A stretch of 64,000 bases of DNA, from contig NC_058368.1 in assembly GCF_018350175.1 (NCBI RefSeq), positions 122,638,001-122,702,000 of the forward strand, given 5' to 3'. This DNA is from Felis catus. Taxonomy: Eukaryota. Under the pieces are notes generated by a model. It was not told the DNA's origin. It did no database searches and saw only the letters and a program-made list of their open reading frames with translations. Positions 1 to 14,109 of the stretch are shown in pieces. The translations under genes and the position numbers were made by a program. Every line of letters starts with the position of its first letter. The stretch's first letter is position 1.

Positions 1-3000
1 CAGGTAACCCTAGGAATACGGAGCTCCTCTCTCACATCACGCTGTTCCTTGCCTCCAAGCACTTGTCCATATCAGACCTATTGCCAGAAACACTTGTCCC
101 CTTTCTTAAATTGGAAACCTCCAAACAATCTTTAACGATTCAATCTTCCTGTCTTCCAGGAAGCTTTCCACAACATCTCAGGGCCCCCTGGTGCTTCCCA
201 GAGCCTCTGCCAACCTCCAGCACTGGGTTTATAGAGTATGTTATGATTATCTGTTTAACTGGCCATCTTCCCCAGGCTCCTTGAGGAAGGGGTGGGGCTC
301 TGATACAATTCAGCATTGTCTCCCCAGTGGCAGCACAGTGCCTAGCATACAGATGAAGGCACCCCTGAGATGTTTGTTCAAAGACTGCCTTGGATGAATA
401 CATGCTAAAATACATATTTACATCTCTGCACGCTTGCATACATACACACACGCATAAACAAACTTGAACCAAACGTAAGCCCTACTTGAAAGCAGAATCC
501 TGAAGGATACTGGGCTGGCTGAGGTGGCAGAAAGTTTTGGATAGACTCACTCGCATGTTAATGGGATATCCCTAAGGTTGGCTCTTAGTTAAAAAGTTAA
601 GATAACCATGGCAGTAAAACAATTTTTTAAAAAAGAGAGACTAGATCAAAAGGATTCAAGTGTAAGTATCCAGACAGGCTGGAATCAGGATCCGTCAGCC
701 ACAGACACTTTTACCTTCTGAGGCCTCACAGTCCTGCATGCAGTTCTATTTACATTAGCTACACGTTTTCTCTAAACATTCGGCCACTCCATATTTCTTC
801 ATTCTAATCACAGTGAGAGAATAAAATGAGTATCTCTGGGTTCCAACTCCCAGTTGGAAAACATCTCACTGGCTCTTCTTGAGTCCATCATGACTCTACA
901 ATCTACTCACCAATGGAGAAGGGTTGGAGGAATCACCACACACACATGGCTGCAAGGAGCCCACCCATGTGGACACACAGGCACTTCTCAGAGCAAAGGC
1001 AGCCACTGTGATCTTGGCAGAACCCAGGAAAATGTGTAGGGCAGATTCTTATCTGCTGTCCACACAAAAGGGACAGACGAGGGTGCACAGACACCCATAC
1101 ATCATTACCAAGGAGAAGAAACCAGTGACAGCGAACTTCAAGATAAGAAATCTCTAAGAGGGTACAGAAGAATAGAATGAGATAAACTTTGTAAAGGTGA
1201 GCCTTGAAAACTTAAGTCTGTCTGCTTGCCATATGCTAATTAAGTGTTCTCAGTCCAGGGGTTTTCATGTATCTGTACCCACAGCCCCCGGCTACTTCTC
1301 CAGCCTCTCTGGCTCCATCTCTGACTGTTTGCACTAGCTTCATTTTTTTTTTCTTAGATCTTCAAAGAGATCACTGCGAGACCACAGCTATCAACTCAGT
1401 CCTACAGATGAAACACATGAGACTAGAGCAGGCACGTGGTTTGTGCACCCCCGAGCCCATAGTTAACGGCTATGTGGGGTTCTAATGTGGGGTTCTGACC
1501 CTTCATCCAGAGATCTGCCATCCGTCTCATGCTGTCTCACTTCATCCTAGTTATACAGGGGTGGGGTGGGCGGGATTCATGCCCTCATCAAAGTTTCAGT
1601 AACAGTAAATTCAGTCTCAAATGAAATAAGATGGTACACGGTATCAGAAAGAGACAGGTAAATGCTGAGCCACAATTAACTATTGTGAGCTCCAAGACAT
1701 AACGACAAGGTATCATTGTGAAAAGAGAAAACGAATAAGGAGTCAACAGACCCAAGTTTTAGCCATGACCATTTCATTAACAAATTGCTTGACCTCAACC
1801 AATTCATTTACCTTCTCTTCATCTCTTTAATAGAGAATAAATTATTCGCTTCCAATGTCTTTAAGCTGATGATCAAATGAGATCATGGAAATGCCCGTTT
1901 TGAAAAAAAATGCACTACAAAAGGTTATATGAACACTAAGCCTTAGTATTGTGATTCCATCATGTTACAAACGTATCCAGGACTGATATCCATTCAAAGC
2001 CCTATTTACCATTGTTGCTTTCCAAGTATGACCCTCCTTTAAATACCTCTCTGCTTTTCACATTATGTATTTCTCCAGATGTACATTTCTACTTTTCCAG
2101 GCTGATCTCATTTGTTCATTTCCTGTCCATCTTTCTACTCTCTAGGTTGCTCTGCACTATGTCTCTTCCTCACCAGGGTCTGTGACACCACCCTATTTAC
2201 CCTCATCTGCAGATCTAATTACCAGAAAAGGTTTACAGCCTCCTTCCAAGACATTCATAACAACACATAATGAAATGTGCCTGTGGCTGATCTCTGCAGC
2301 ATCCTCCTGGAACTTGGTGCACGCCATTTTTCATTCTCGGTGGGGTTTGCAGCCAGTTTCAAGGTCATTTTGCATGGTTCACAGAACCTTCCTAACCCAA
2401 TCCAAGATTGCTTTGTTTTGTTTTGTTAATCATATGGGAACCAGACCTTGTTTCTCCTACCCATAATACAATCAATAAAAGAAATTAAAATAAAACAAGT
2501 TATAACATGCCAACACATGAAGCAGGGCACTTGAAGCCCAGAGAAATAAGTCAGTGGGTTCCTAGCCAAAGATCCCCTGTCTCGCATCAATGTGAGAATG
2601 CTCACAGGGATTCTCTCTCTGAGTTGATCCAGAAATCAAGAAGACCTAAGTTTTCCAAGTGGAATTCCAAATCCTGTGTTTCTTTCCAGTGGAAACCTAT
2701 AGCCAAGTTCCTCCATAAACCTGAGGAATGGGATACATAATCTTTGAGGCTCTCTACAAAGGAAAAAACTTCTCTTTGTTGTTTTTCTCAGTAAACTGGT
2801 TGACATTAGAGTCCCATCTTTGCTTCCATTACAACACTTGGCAGTTTCTAAAGAGGAAGGACTCTGAAGAAAAAGAACACAAAGACTAATCCATGGGTGA
2901 ATAAACTTGAGAAATGGTTTCAATCACATATTATTGCAAACAATTTTCTTTTCTTCTGAGCTTGGATTTAGTGTTTTGTTTTGTTTTGTTTTGTTTTAAT

Positions 3001-3216
3001 TGAGTTCAGCACAGGGAGGCTTTGCCTTCTTCTAACCTCTAGAATATATCTCTTCTCTTCCTGAGCACTTCTGGCAATGGACTTCCCTGGATAGAGTTCT
3101 GCCTTTGTAGTTCAATTCTCATTCAAGCTCTAAACAGATGGACATTCGTGTTGGATAAAACCTTGGGCTTCTTTCTGAACTACCCTAAGGATCTTTTAAA
3201 AATATATTAAAAATAT

Positions 3217-3427
3217 TTTATTTTAAGTTTATTTTTTATTTTTATTTTGAGAGATAGAGAGAAGTGGGGAGAAGCAAAGAGAGAGGGAGAAGAGAGAGGA
3301 TCCCAAACAGGCCCCGTGCTGTCAGCTCAGGGCCCGATGTGGGGCTCAAACTCATGAACATGAAGATCATGACCTGAGCCAAAGTCAAGAGTCGGACACT
3401 TAACCAACTGAGCCACCCAGGAGCCCC
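3217..3427 (-). mobile_element. CanSINE (SINEC)
   Basis: Reverse-complement tRNA-derived head, (CT)n region and A-rich tail. Confidence 0.9.
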
Positions 3428-4349
3428 ACATTTAAAACACCTAGAAACAACAACCATGGATATGCTAAATTTTAGTTTCTGAATAAAAAGGAGAAAAAAG
3501 CTGCAAGAATCAAAGTACTGTAAGTTAACTGCAGTGTTTGAAAAAAAGTCTCATTTACATCAATTTATGTGTGAAAGGAGAAAAGCGTGAACTTGGGACA
3601 CAGACGTGGGTTTCTATCCTGGCTGCATCATATCCTTGCTCTACGAAACTGGGAAATCTTAACTTTGTTGGGTTTGCTTACTACTCTTCCACCAAATAGG
3701 GAGAATACTACTTTCTGCTGCAGAACAATGTTTGGAGTAAGTGTGCAAAACAGGAAATACGGTGTCTGGACCATAGTAGGTGATCAGTAAGTATCAGCTG
3801 CTTCCCTTGTCCTATAAACACAACGGCGCACAAAACCTGCCAGCTCTTATTAATACACATGGCTCACTTTCTCATAACACTATTACCAGGCAGTTATGAA
3901 CTGCTCACAGGAAAATGTCCTTTCATGATTTTAGTAATAAGGGGAATGATACTATGCAGGCAGCACTCTAAATGCTTTTATATGCATTATTTCATTTAAT
4001 CCTCACAAAGGGAGGTAATTTTCTTTTTCCCATTTACCGAACAGGATGTGGAAGTTGAGAATGGGTAAATGACATCCTAGCTAGTAAATGGGTCAGGATT
4101 TTGATGTGTACAAAACATTATGTGTAATGCATGCCACATGGTAAATTCTTAAAAAACAATAGAATTTGGTGAAAGAGTAAGATTTTCGTTAATACCACTG
4201 GATCCCTTCTTGTAACATCCTTTTTCTTTCTACATACTTATTGATATAACTTACATACCATAAAGTTCACCACTTAAAGTTCAGCATGTTTTTTTTTTTT
4301 TTTGGCATATTCACAGAGTTATACAACCATCACCACAACCTAAGGAGTA

Positions 4350-4595
4350 ATTTTTTTTTGAGAGAGAGAGAGAGAAAGAGAGAGACGGCAAGTGAGCAAG
4401 GGGCAGAGAGAGAGTGTGTGGGAGGGAAGGAGAGAGAGAGAGGGTGGGAGGGAGGGAAGGAGAAGAAGAGAGAGAGAGAGAGAGAGGGAGAAGCAGGGCT
4501 CGTGATCACCCAATGCGAGACTCAAACTCATGAATGAACGGTGAGATCACGACCTGAGCCAAAGTCAGATGCTTAACAAAGCCAGCCAGGGGCCC
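4350..4595 (-). mobile_element. CanSINE (diverged, expanded GA tract)
   Basis: Head remnant (GACCTGAGCCAAAGTCAGATGCTTAAC), GA-rich middle, T-tail. Confidence 0.8.
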
Positions 4596-4635
4596 AACTG
4601 ACTATTTTTTTAATCTGGATTTCCATAGTCTTATA

Positions 4636-4849
4636 TTTTTTTAAGTTTATTTATTTATTTTGAGAGACAGAGAGTACGCGTGCACGAAAAGGGAAAGGGC
4701 AGAGAGACAGGGAGAGAGAGAATCCCAAGCAGGCTCTGCACTGTCAGCGCAGAGCCCAAAGCAGGGCTCAATCTCATGAAACACGAGATCATGACCCGAG
4801 CTGAAATCAAGAGTCAGACACTTAACTGACTGAGCCACCCAGGCGCCCC
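4636..4849 (-). mobile_element. CanSINE (SINEC)
   Basis: Ends GAGCCACCCAGGCGCCCC; typical body and tail. Confidence 0.9.
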
Positions 4850-4889
4850 TTCGTAGCTTTCTCAGAGGAGAAAATACCATTGTGTCAAA

Positions 4890-5937
4890 AATAGTACTCC
4901 TCTCATACACTGTCGGTGGGAATGTTAAATGGCACAGCTACTCCAAAAACTAATTTGGCAGCTTCCTGCAAGACTAAATATGCAGTAAGTATTCAACTTA
5001 GCAATTGCACTTTTGGGCATTTATCTCAAAGAAATGAAAACCTGTGTTCCTTCAAAAACTTGTACACAGGGGTGCTCAGTTGGTTAAGCATCTGACTTTG
5101 ACTCAGGTCATGATCTCACGGTTCCTGAGTTTGAGCCCTGCATCAGGCTTTGCGCTGACAGCTCAGAGCCTGGAGCCTGCTTTCGCTTCTGTGTCTCCCT
5201 CTCTCTCTGTCCCTGCCCCACTCATACTCTGTGTGTCTCTCAAAAATAAATAAACATTTTTAAAAATTATTTAAAAAAAAACAAAAACTTGTACACAAAT
5301 GATCATAGCATTCTACTCATAATAGCCAGCAAGTGGAAACAACTCAAATGTCTTTCAAGAAGTGAATGGGCAAATAAAGTCTGGTACATCCACACAATGC
5401 AATACTACTCAGCGATGAAAAGGGTTAAACCTTGCACAGACGACAAACTAGGCTGGCTCTTAAGGGCCTTAGGCTTAATGAATAACAATCACTTCACAAA
5501 GTGATGCACTGTGTGATTCCATTTGTATAATCCTCAAAATGACAAAACTACAGCAACGGAAAACAGATGAGTGGTTGCCAGGGGACAGGAATGGAGTAGG
5601 TGTGACAATAAACTGGCAGTGACGGGTGTCTTGTAGTGATGGGCCGATCCCGTATTTGGGTTGTAAGAGTGGTTATATGGATATGCGTAGGATAAAATTG
5701 CACAGAACCACACACAAGCACATAAAATGCATGTAAAAATTGGTGAAACCTGATTAAGGCCCTGGCATCTAGTCAACATCATTGTACCATTGTTAGAGTC
5801 CTGGTTTTGATATCGTGCTGCTAGTATATAAGATGTGACCATTGGCAAAAGCTGAGGGAAGTGTTCGAAGAATTCTGTGTATTACTTTTGCAACTTTGTG
5901 GGAGCCTGTAATCATTTCAAAATAAAAAAGTTAAAAC
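4890..5937 (+). mobile_element. Old L1 (L1MC/L1MD-like) 3' fragment interrupted by a SINE
   Basis: ORF2 C-terminal remnants (WKQLKCLSRSEWANKVWYIHTMQYYSAMK) and L1M 3' UTR ending in AATAAA. Confidence 0.8.
5069..5281 (+). mobile_element. CanSINE with 16-bp TSD
   Basis: TSD CAAAAACTTGTACACA at 5053-5068 and 5282-5297. Confidence 0.9.
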
Positions 5938-6894
5938 AGTGGCATTTCAAAAGCAAAGTCAAGGTGAGTTTCAAAGAAGTTACCCAGACCTGAAAGCTGG
6001 CATGTATATGATTTTCCTGACTGTTCTTATAAATGTGATCCTCACTGCTAAAGACTGGATACAAAGATGGAAATCACAACGCAAATTGCTCATCATGGAA
6101 AATTATTCAAGAGAATGGAAAGAGCGCCTGGAGAGAACAATAAAAGCAGAGCTTCAAGGCTACTACATTAAAGAAGTAAAAGATACCTTTAGAAAGGTGG
6201 AAAGACCAAAGTAATTAGAAACTACAGAAAAAATTCCCACGTAAAGGATTGTCTTAACATGTTATCGTAACGAGGACAATGACTCAAACTCCTGAAAACA
6301 CTCTTAACGGTTTTTACAAGGAATATTACAGTGAAAACAATCTGAGGCTACTTTATTTAGATTACAAGTCCAACACAAAGTAGCAGCAGTGAACAAAGAT
6401 ATCCTCAGAAACAAGTATGTGACTATCATACTGCTTCTACAGATAGTAGCAGTAATAATGACAGAAGTTACCAGTAAGTGTCATGTGCTCAGGAACTTCT
6501 CTAGATGTTTGACACATATTCACTTATTTCTCACAACAGCCTGCCAAGACATCATTACTACTATTGTTGATACTATTGCTATGGTCCTTTCATACCATGA
6601 AGAAATGGATGCACAATATTTTGTTACTTGACTGAGCTCATATAGCAAGTGGTGAAGCTAGGGCTGGAACTGGTATAGTTACAAATGGTCATAAACCACA
6701 TTTTGAAGTTCAAAATTAAATAAAGGATATGAATTAGTCTATAATTTTAGCATGGAAAATTAAGCTCTAATACCCATTAGTTCCTTAGTTACTTAGGCAA
6801 GAGAAGAAATAAATTCATTTTATTTGAATTACCATAAACTGTTAGTTGTCCAGGGTACAATCAGAGGACAGTTTTTTATGACTACAAAATAACT

Positions 6895-7145
6895 GGGCCT
6901 GGGTGGCTCAGTTGGTCAAACATCCAACTTGGCTCAGGTTGTGATCTACATTTGTGGGTTCGAGCCCCATGGCGGGCTCTGTGCTGACAGCTCAGACCCT
7001 GGAGCCTGCTTCAGATTCTGTGTCTCCCTCTCTCTGTGCCCTTCCCCCACTCATTTTCTCTCTCCCTCTCTCTCTCTCTCTCTCCCCTCAGAAATGAGTA
7101 AACATTAAAAAATACATATACATACATACATACACACATACATAA
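6895..7145 (+). mobile_element. CanSINE
   Basis: Head, CT tract, tail with (TACA)n; TSD AAAATAACTG. Confidence 0.88.
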
Positions 7146-7635
7146 AATAACTGACATAATGATGAGCAGAGCAATAGAGTACATTATTTTTTTTAATACA
7201 GTAGATTAGAAAACTAGCCATTCCAACACAGAATATGTATATGCATAGTTAAGGCCAAAACAAGGGAGTTAAAAATAGAAGTAAGCAAGAGATGATGCTT
7301 CGTCTGTCTTACAGGAATCTGTCTACCTTAGTAACCAAGGGTTTGCATTTAAACTCCAGACAGAACAAAAAACAAGGAAGACCCTTTGGTCCACACTAAA
7401 ACAAGAGGGATTAGGCAGAGATTCCCATGTAAATCTTGTTCCTTCTGTGAAAAAAATAAACTAAGAAAATATTTTTATTAATACAAGAGGGGGATATGCA
7501 TCACATTGTTTTATTAATAGAAGAGGGTCCATGCTTTTGATTGGGTATTCTAGGTATTGGGTGTTCTGAACTCTAGGGTGAGTCTCCTCAGAATTTGTAA
7601 TTACGGGTGGACCCTCACCCAGGTTTGGATTTCAT

Positions 7636-7850
7636 TTTATTTTTTTTTAAAGTTTGTTTATTTATTTTGAGAGAGTGTGTGAGAGTGAGAGTGGGGAGGG
7701 GCTGAGAGAGTGAGAGAGAGAATCCCAAGCAGGCTCCACACTGTCAGCACAGAGCCTGATACAGGAATCCAACTCACTAACCATCAGGATCATAACCTGA
7801 GCCAAAATCAAGAGTCAGATGCTTAACTGACTGAGCCACCCAGGTGCCCC
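7636..7850 (-). mobile_element. CanSINE
   Basis: Typical reverse body; TSD-like TGGATT(T/C)CATT. Confidence 0.88.
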
Positions 7851-7914
7851 TGGATTCCATTCTCACAGACTAGGAATTCCTAAAGTGAAATATTAATACT
7901 AAAAATGGTCATGG

Positions 7915-8016
7915 AAATCTACCTCCAAAACCAAGAGCACACTGTATACACTGTATGTTAGCCAACTTAACAATAAATTATATCTTTAAAAAATAATGAT
8001 AATAAAACTAAAAAAA
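7915..8016 (+). mobile_element. Extremely 5'-truncated feline L1 3' tip
   Basis: AAAACCAAGAGCACACTGTATACACTGTATGTTAGCCAAC...AATAAA plus A-rich tail; perfect 15-bp TSD TAAAAATGGTCATGG (7900-7914, 8017-8031). Confidence 0.8.
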
Positions 8017-8039
8017 TAAAAATGGTCATGGCAAACATA

Positions 8040-8720
8040 CGACTGGGACACCTGGCAAAAGCAAAACTACTCAAAAGAGACACCTTGGACCTAGGTTTAT
8101 TAGATTCATTTAAAAAAAGCACTACCTAACATGAATTCAAAATTATAAATGATGAAACACATAAAATAATCTACTGTGAACAAGATTTAGTTAATATAAT
8201 ATACTAAGACTTCGCAAAACTCCATACACTAAAACAGTCAGATAGATTAAATAAAATCAGAATGTTTAAACTGATAAAATTCCAAATACAAATAAAACTT
8301 AAGTTCAAGGACAGAATAAGATATGATCAAAATCTTCTAGAAATGATCTTTTAGCAATGAAAAAAAAATAGCCAATAAAAGCAAACCCTTAATGGACAGT
8401 TACACAGCAGATTAAGTACAACTGAAAAGAGAATTTGTGAACTGGAATGTAAATATGATGAAATAACTTTAATTGTGGCAAAGAATGAAAAGAAATGGAA
8501 AAATAGGATAAAGAGGCTGAGAGCCCTGGATATCAATGAGGTTGTTTCACCCTTCGTTTAGCTCCAGAACTGTAAAAAGACATGAATCTCCAGATTCAGA
8601 AACTATGTTAAATTCAGAAAAGGAAAAAGAAAAACACCTAAGCCTTTACTAAAATTATACAACTCGAAAACCAAGAAAAGATGTCAAAGGTAGTCAGAGA
8701 GAAAGGAATTTTGATTCTGA
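8040..8720 (+). mobile_element. Very old L1 ORF1-region remnant (L1M-like)
   Basis: A-rich segment with L1 ORF1-like motif AGCAGATTAAGTACAACTGAAAAGAGAATTTGTGAACTGGAA. Confidence 0.5.
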
Positions 8721-8775
8721 AACTATATCAGATTTTGAGACACCCCTGGCATTTTTAAAGAATTCTCAAACACCA

Positions 8776-8937
8776 GGGGCACCGTTTTGGCTCAGTCAGT
8801 TAAGCATCCAACTTTGGTTCAGGTCATGATCTCACAGTTCATGGGTTGGAGCCCCGTGTGTGGCTCTGTACTGACAGCACGGAGCCTGGAGCCTGCTTTG
8901 GTTTCTGTGTCTCCTCTTTCTCTGCCCCCCACCTCTC

Positions 8938-8969
<32 letters not shown>
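8776..8969 (+). mobile_element. CanSINE
   Basis: Head, long poly-A; imperfect TSD AAGAAT(T/C)CTC(A/T)AACACCA. Confidence 0.88.
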
Positions 8970-9124
8970 GAATCCTCTAACACCAAATAAAGGTTCGTAT
9001 TTACCATATTTTACTTATTTTAATTCTCAGTAATCCATCAAGTCACAGGTGGACATGATAATAATCTTCCCTTTGTGTGCAATATAGTTTTTCAAAATCT
9101 CTACTACATGATGAGTTTGGTTGT

Positions 9125-9350
9125 AAGAATGTGATCTCTGGCTCTGGAGTCACACCACAGTGATTCTAACCCTGACTCTTCCCACTAGAAGCTTTCTGAC
9201 CCTGGGCAAGTTATTTATACTGCCTCACTTCATGTATTTATAAAATGGTAGCACTCGTAGATGATCAGAATGTTTTGTGCTTTAAGTGAAATGATACATG
9301 TAAAAGGCTTAAAACAGTGCCTGGGATATAGGAAACAATGAACGTTAGCT
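9125..9350 (+). mobile_element. MIR
   Basis: GGCTCTGGAGTCAC...GACCCTGGGCAAGTTATTT...AAACAGTGCCTGG core. Confidence 0.7.
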
Positions 9351-10599
9351 AGTGTTACTGTCATTACCATATTTCATTTGATTTCACAAGAGCACTGTAG
9401 TAGAGACTTTGTTTCCATTTTCCCAGGGAATTATATTATTTGATAGTTAATGGCTCATTTAGAATCACAATTAGACTGTTTAGAACTAGGACCAGAATTC
9501 ATATCTCCTGTGTCCTAACATTTTGAGCTCTCTCTTTAATTACTGCTTTTATTAAAATGTTCTTTAATAAAGGATTTATCCTGGGTTATGCACTGTAGAA
9601 GATGACACATTTGTCAAAGCTTCAAACATTCCCTTTGTGTTTATTGGTCTGTTAGTGGAGGTTTACAGATCTTCTTAATATCCATTCTGACTTCATGATT
9701 TTCATTGTATCTCCAGGCTGAACACATCATTGTCAGTTAGGACTGGCATTCAGCTATGCAGAACTCTGTAAGGGAAGCTGGAAAACGGGAGTTTTTCAAG
9801 CAGGGTACACTGGCTCCCTCAACAAAATTAGGGCTGTCTTAGTAAGAAAGGAGACAATCGATTACTGGTTAGACAAAAGCCATAATATATAGGATTTACG
9901 TTCCGAGATGCAGAAGGCATCTCTGCGAAGACGGAGGCAGCCAAGAGAGTCCACGGTGGCTCCGGGGATGTGTGGCCCTGCACATGCTCTGTAAGACTCT
10001 GCATAATTTAGCCCTGGCTGACCTCTCTGCCTTTGACTTTTACCCAACTTACGCCCTATCTGTAGAACTTCAGGTACTTAAGCATGCCATGCTTTCTCCT
10101 TTACAGATCCTCTGCTTGGAACCCCCACCTCCCACGCCACAGTCCCTCTTCCCCTGCCCACACACACAAGCATACATTTCTAATACCATGTGTTAGAAGC
10201 TAACTCAAATGTGCACTGAGGCCACGGGAAGCTTTCCCTGCCCCCCAAGTCTTGGTTCTGTCCCCCATCTGTCTCTTGACTCCTCTGGCCCTTTGTGCAC
10301 ACCCCTATTGTAATACCCATCACACTGTACTATAAGTGTGGTTTCAAACATGGCCAACCTTCCTGCACCCCACCCCACGTTTCCCAAACTGTTAGCACCT
10401 TAAAGGCAAGAACTCTCTTCTAATTGCACAGGTCAGGTTTGCATTTTGCTCCTTTTGGGTTCACCAATTATTTTCACGGTATCTGACACCTAATAGGTGA
10501 CCAATAAACATTTGTGGAATAAATTCCTAAGTTCAACCTGCTTCAGGGGTTCATAAAAAAATAATGGTGACAGGCAGTAATAAAAGGTATCATGTACTG

Positions 10600-10812
10600 A
10601 GGGTTTATGAAATCTGAGGCATGCTGGATTTAGGGCTTTACATGAATTATCTTCTTTCATTTTCCCAACAACCCCGTGATACACATGTAACAGCCATGCT
10701 AATTTTACAGATGACTAAACTGAGGCTTAGGGAGGTTATTTGCCTAAGGTCACACAGCTAATAAAATGCTGAGCCAGGATTTGAACCTGGTTGTTTCTAC
10801 TCCAGTCTAAAT
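10600..10812 (-). mobile_element. MIR
   Basis: ATTTTACAGATGACTAAACTGAGGCTTAG...CCTAAGGTCACACAGCTA...GGATTTGAACC. Confidence 0.7.
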
Positions 10813-11549
10813 CCTGAATTACCTACCAGGCTACAGCGTGGAAACTCAAGGGGGCCGTATACTCTGAGAAGGTGCCACAGCCTGAAACTCCAGAAGAGCA
10901 CACAGCTGGTTGGTAGTGCCATCCTTGCTGACTCACTGAAGGCCATTTTATCTTGTCTGAAGAATGAAGAGAGAGAAGGGAAAGGGCCACGGCGGGCTTT
11001 ATTTGGGGAAAGAGAGGAAGCAGGATGACAAAGGAAGTAAACTGAGAATCCCACATCAGAGCAGCCCCAGAGCCCATCTGAGACAAGCATTTCATCAACA
11101 CCATTCTGACAAGCAGCTAATTAAATATCCCTGGGGAGAGGGTTCCCGTCTTGACTCACAAGGGCAAGTGCTGAGTTCTGAAGCCTGTTCTCCACATGGG
11201 GCTCAGCAAAGCCAGCTTTCCAGCTGGCCTGATAATCCCTGAAGCCAGCGTAACACCCCAGTCCCACTGGAAAACAGGCAAAGGCAGATTATACAGAAAG
11301 CAAGCTTAGCATAATAAGAATGATAAAAGCTTACGTTTACTGGGCACTTGCAATCACTTTCAAGCAAGTGAGTGGTTATTTCATTTAATCCTCCGAAAGG
11401 ATATAACGAGATCAACATTATCCCCATTTTACAGACGTGGGACCAAGAGACGGCAATCGTGCCTGATACTTGCCTACTGTTTCTCAGCCCCAAATCCATC
11501 CTTCCACAGTCCCTCCTCTCTGATCTCGACTTGGCTGGGACTCTGCACA

Positions 11550-12030
11550 CCACATGACCCAGGACCCTCCATCAGCTAGTGTCCTATTAAATTCTGTAAA
11601 TAAAAGGCAGCACATGGAGAAGAGAAAGCTAAAGAAAGGGAAAGGGAACTTCCTTCCTGCTTCCCTGTTCCTGCAACATCACTCCTGGAGAGCAGCTGTC
11701 TCCAGGCTTCAGCTTCTTCGGGCACTGCTACCTCTAGTTTTGCACACTCGCTCAATAGCACCAAGAGCGGCCAGCTGGAGTCTCTCAGAAATCCGAGCGC
11801 CACCCCTGCGGGTCAGCCCCTCTACACGCCTCCATTCTGGAAGCCTTATCTCTTTGTTCACTCAGCCTTGGGTGGCTGCTGCTTCTAGCCCCTCTCTCTG
11901 GATTTACATGCATGTTCCTTTGGGTTCTTTCAGCTTCTAACATGTATATACTCCATTCTCTCTGTTAAATCCCCTCTATCTGATGTACTTAGTACTGTGT
12001 CTGTTTTTACGACTCCACATGGACCGATAC
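11550..12030 (+). mobile_element. ERVL solo LTR (LTR33-like)
   Basis: 3' end TTAAATCCCCTCT...GTCTGTTTTTACGACTCCACATGGACCGATACA resembles LTR33/LTR16 termini. Confidence 0.55.
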
Positions 12031-12514
12031 AGAGCAGTTACATATCTCGTCCAATGTCACACAGCCAGCGAGCAGCGTGGCCATTACTAAACTCAGGTTT
12101 TCCACAGACGCTGGAATAGGCAGCTTATCTGTCGTGGGGAGGCCAGGATCACCACAGACAATCAATACAGATACACTGAAATAAACCAAGTTCTTAGTGC
12201 TCACATGATAATTATAGTTTTATTAATAATAATTTGTGTGTATAATGCATTAGGCTTGGAAGGGATTTCATAGCCATTACTTCGTATGACTCAGAAAATA
12301 AATATATTATAGTTAAGGGTTTAACCTTTAGAATAAGACAGACATTAGTTTAATCTCGGTTAAAGAATGACTGCATAACAGCTGTGTGACCTTTGGCAAG
12401 TTACCGAATCTCGTTGAAACTTACTTTTGTTTTCTATGAAATCTGGTTACTAGAACTACCTACATCATATGGCTGCTGTAATCATTTAACTCATGTAATA
12501 TAATATATATAACA

Positions 12515-12985
12515 TGTCGAGAACTGTGCAGAGCCTGAGATTTTATCACACTTACAACCTGACACGTGAACTTATTACTATGTCATGGCTGGTGTCAGAA
12601 GACAGGACACTCCTGGGTCAGAGACCAACAACTTCATTACTCATGACAAAAGCACTAGCCACAGTCGCACATTGGTTTTGTTTGGTTGTTCATGCCCCTC
12701 AAGTCTCACAGGATGACACAAAGGGCCTGTCATGGCTGCCTGCACATACAGTGCATTGTGTTATAAGAGAACACTGTGCTTGGGGAATTCACTACTTTTA
12801 TATAGTAAGTTGAAGTAAGACTAGTCTTTGAGAGAAACATTACCTCATTTCTCAAGCTTGCTCAGTGAAAACATAACCATGAGCAAAGATCCAGGTAAAG
12901 AGTAGTCAGGGCCTGGCATCCTTTGGGGATAACCACAGAAATATGCAGGGAGACTCAAAGCCCCTGTTGGATTGCTTCTTCCACA
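12515..12985 (-). mobile_element. ERVL-type solo LTR (MER54/MER74-like) inserted in a MIR
   Basis: TG...CA ends; TGAGATTTTATCACACTTACAA...CTCCTGGGTCAGAGAC...TTCATTACTCA motif; MIR halves on both sides (~12320-12510, ~12990-13030). Confidence 0.55.
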
Positions 12986-13399
12986 AAATTCACTAAATAC
13001 CCAGTAATTATACAGTAAGTGGTAGTTCTCACTGAGTCTCATAAAACCCAATCATGAAAGAATACTTTCCTCAATTTATAGACGAGGAAACTGGCTCAGA
13101 GAAGTGAAAGGACTTGCTCCATGGTAATGACCTTTGGGGAAGTTGTGGTTCTGGGTCCAAAAATCAGAAACCATGACCCCAAATCCCATGCCCAGTCATC
13201 TCCATTAAGACACCTATTTGTAAAGATAGGTCACGCTTACCTTTAGCTCAGAACTGGCTACATAGTTTGCAGGGCTTAGGGCCCATATTTCTAAAATTCC
13301 CAAGCTTTAGAATCTAGTCTATTCTAGTAGGTTCTGAACTGTATTTACCAGGGAGCTAGTTGTCCACTGAGCTTTCTCAGAGGCTATCAAGAGTGGGGG

Positions 13400-14001
13400 T
13401 GATCCTCAAAAAACTAAAAATAGAACTACCCTACAACCCAGCAATTGCACTACTAGGCATTTATCCACGGGATACAGATGTGTTGTTTCGAAGGGACACA
13501 TGCACCCCAACGTTTATGGCAGCATTATCAACAATAGCCAAAGTATGCAAAGAGCCCAAATGTCCATCGATGGATGAATGGATAAAGAAGATGTGGTGTA
13601 CACATATACAATGGAGTATTACTCGGCAATCAAAAAGAATGAAATCTTGCCATTTGCAACTACATGGATGGAACTGGAAGGTATTACGCTAAGTGAAATT
13701 AGTTAGTCAGAGAAAGACAAAAATCAAATGACTTCACTCATATGAGGACTTTAAGAGACAAAACAGATGAAGGGAAGGGAAGGGAAACAAAAATAATATA
13801 AAAACAGGAGGGGGACAAAACAGAAGAGACTCATAAATATGGAGAACAAACTGAGGGTTACCGGAGGGGTTGTGGGAGGGGGGATGGGCTAAATGGGTCA
13901 GGGACACTAAGGAATCTACTCCTGAAATCACTGTTGCACTATATGCTAACTAATTTGGATGTAAATTTTTAAAAATAAAAAATAAAATTTAAAAAAAAAA
14001 A
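13400..14001 (+). mobile_element. Young feline L1 3' fragment (ORF2 C-terminus + 3' UTR + poly-A)
   Basis: ELPYNPAIALLGIYP...CTPTFMAALSTIAKVCKEPKCPSMDEWIKKMW; G-rich 3' UTR; A tail. Confidence 0.92.
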
Positions 14002-14109
14002 GTGTGCATGAGCACAGGAAGGGAAGATTGGGAAAGACCTCTAGGCATAAAGCTTGTTTTCTTGGGACTCTGCATAAGAATATGTTTTTATTTTTTTAAG
14101 GGACGGTAT

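Noticed and set aside
11554..11940. 128-aa ATG ORF
   Set aside because: Lies within an LTR33-like solo LTR; no recognisable domain.
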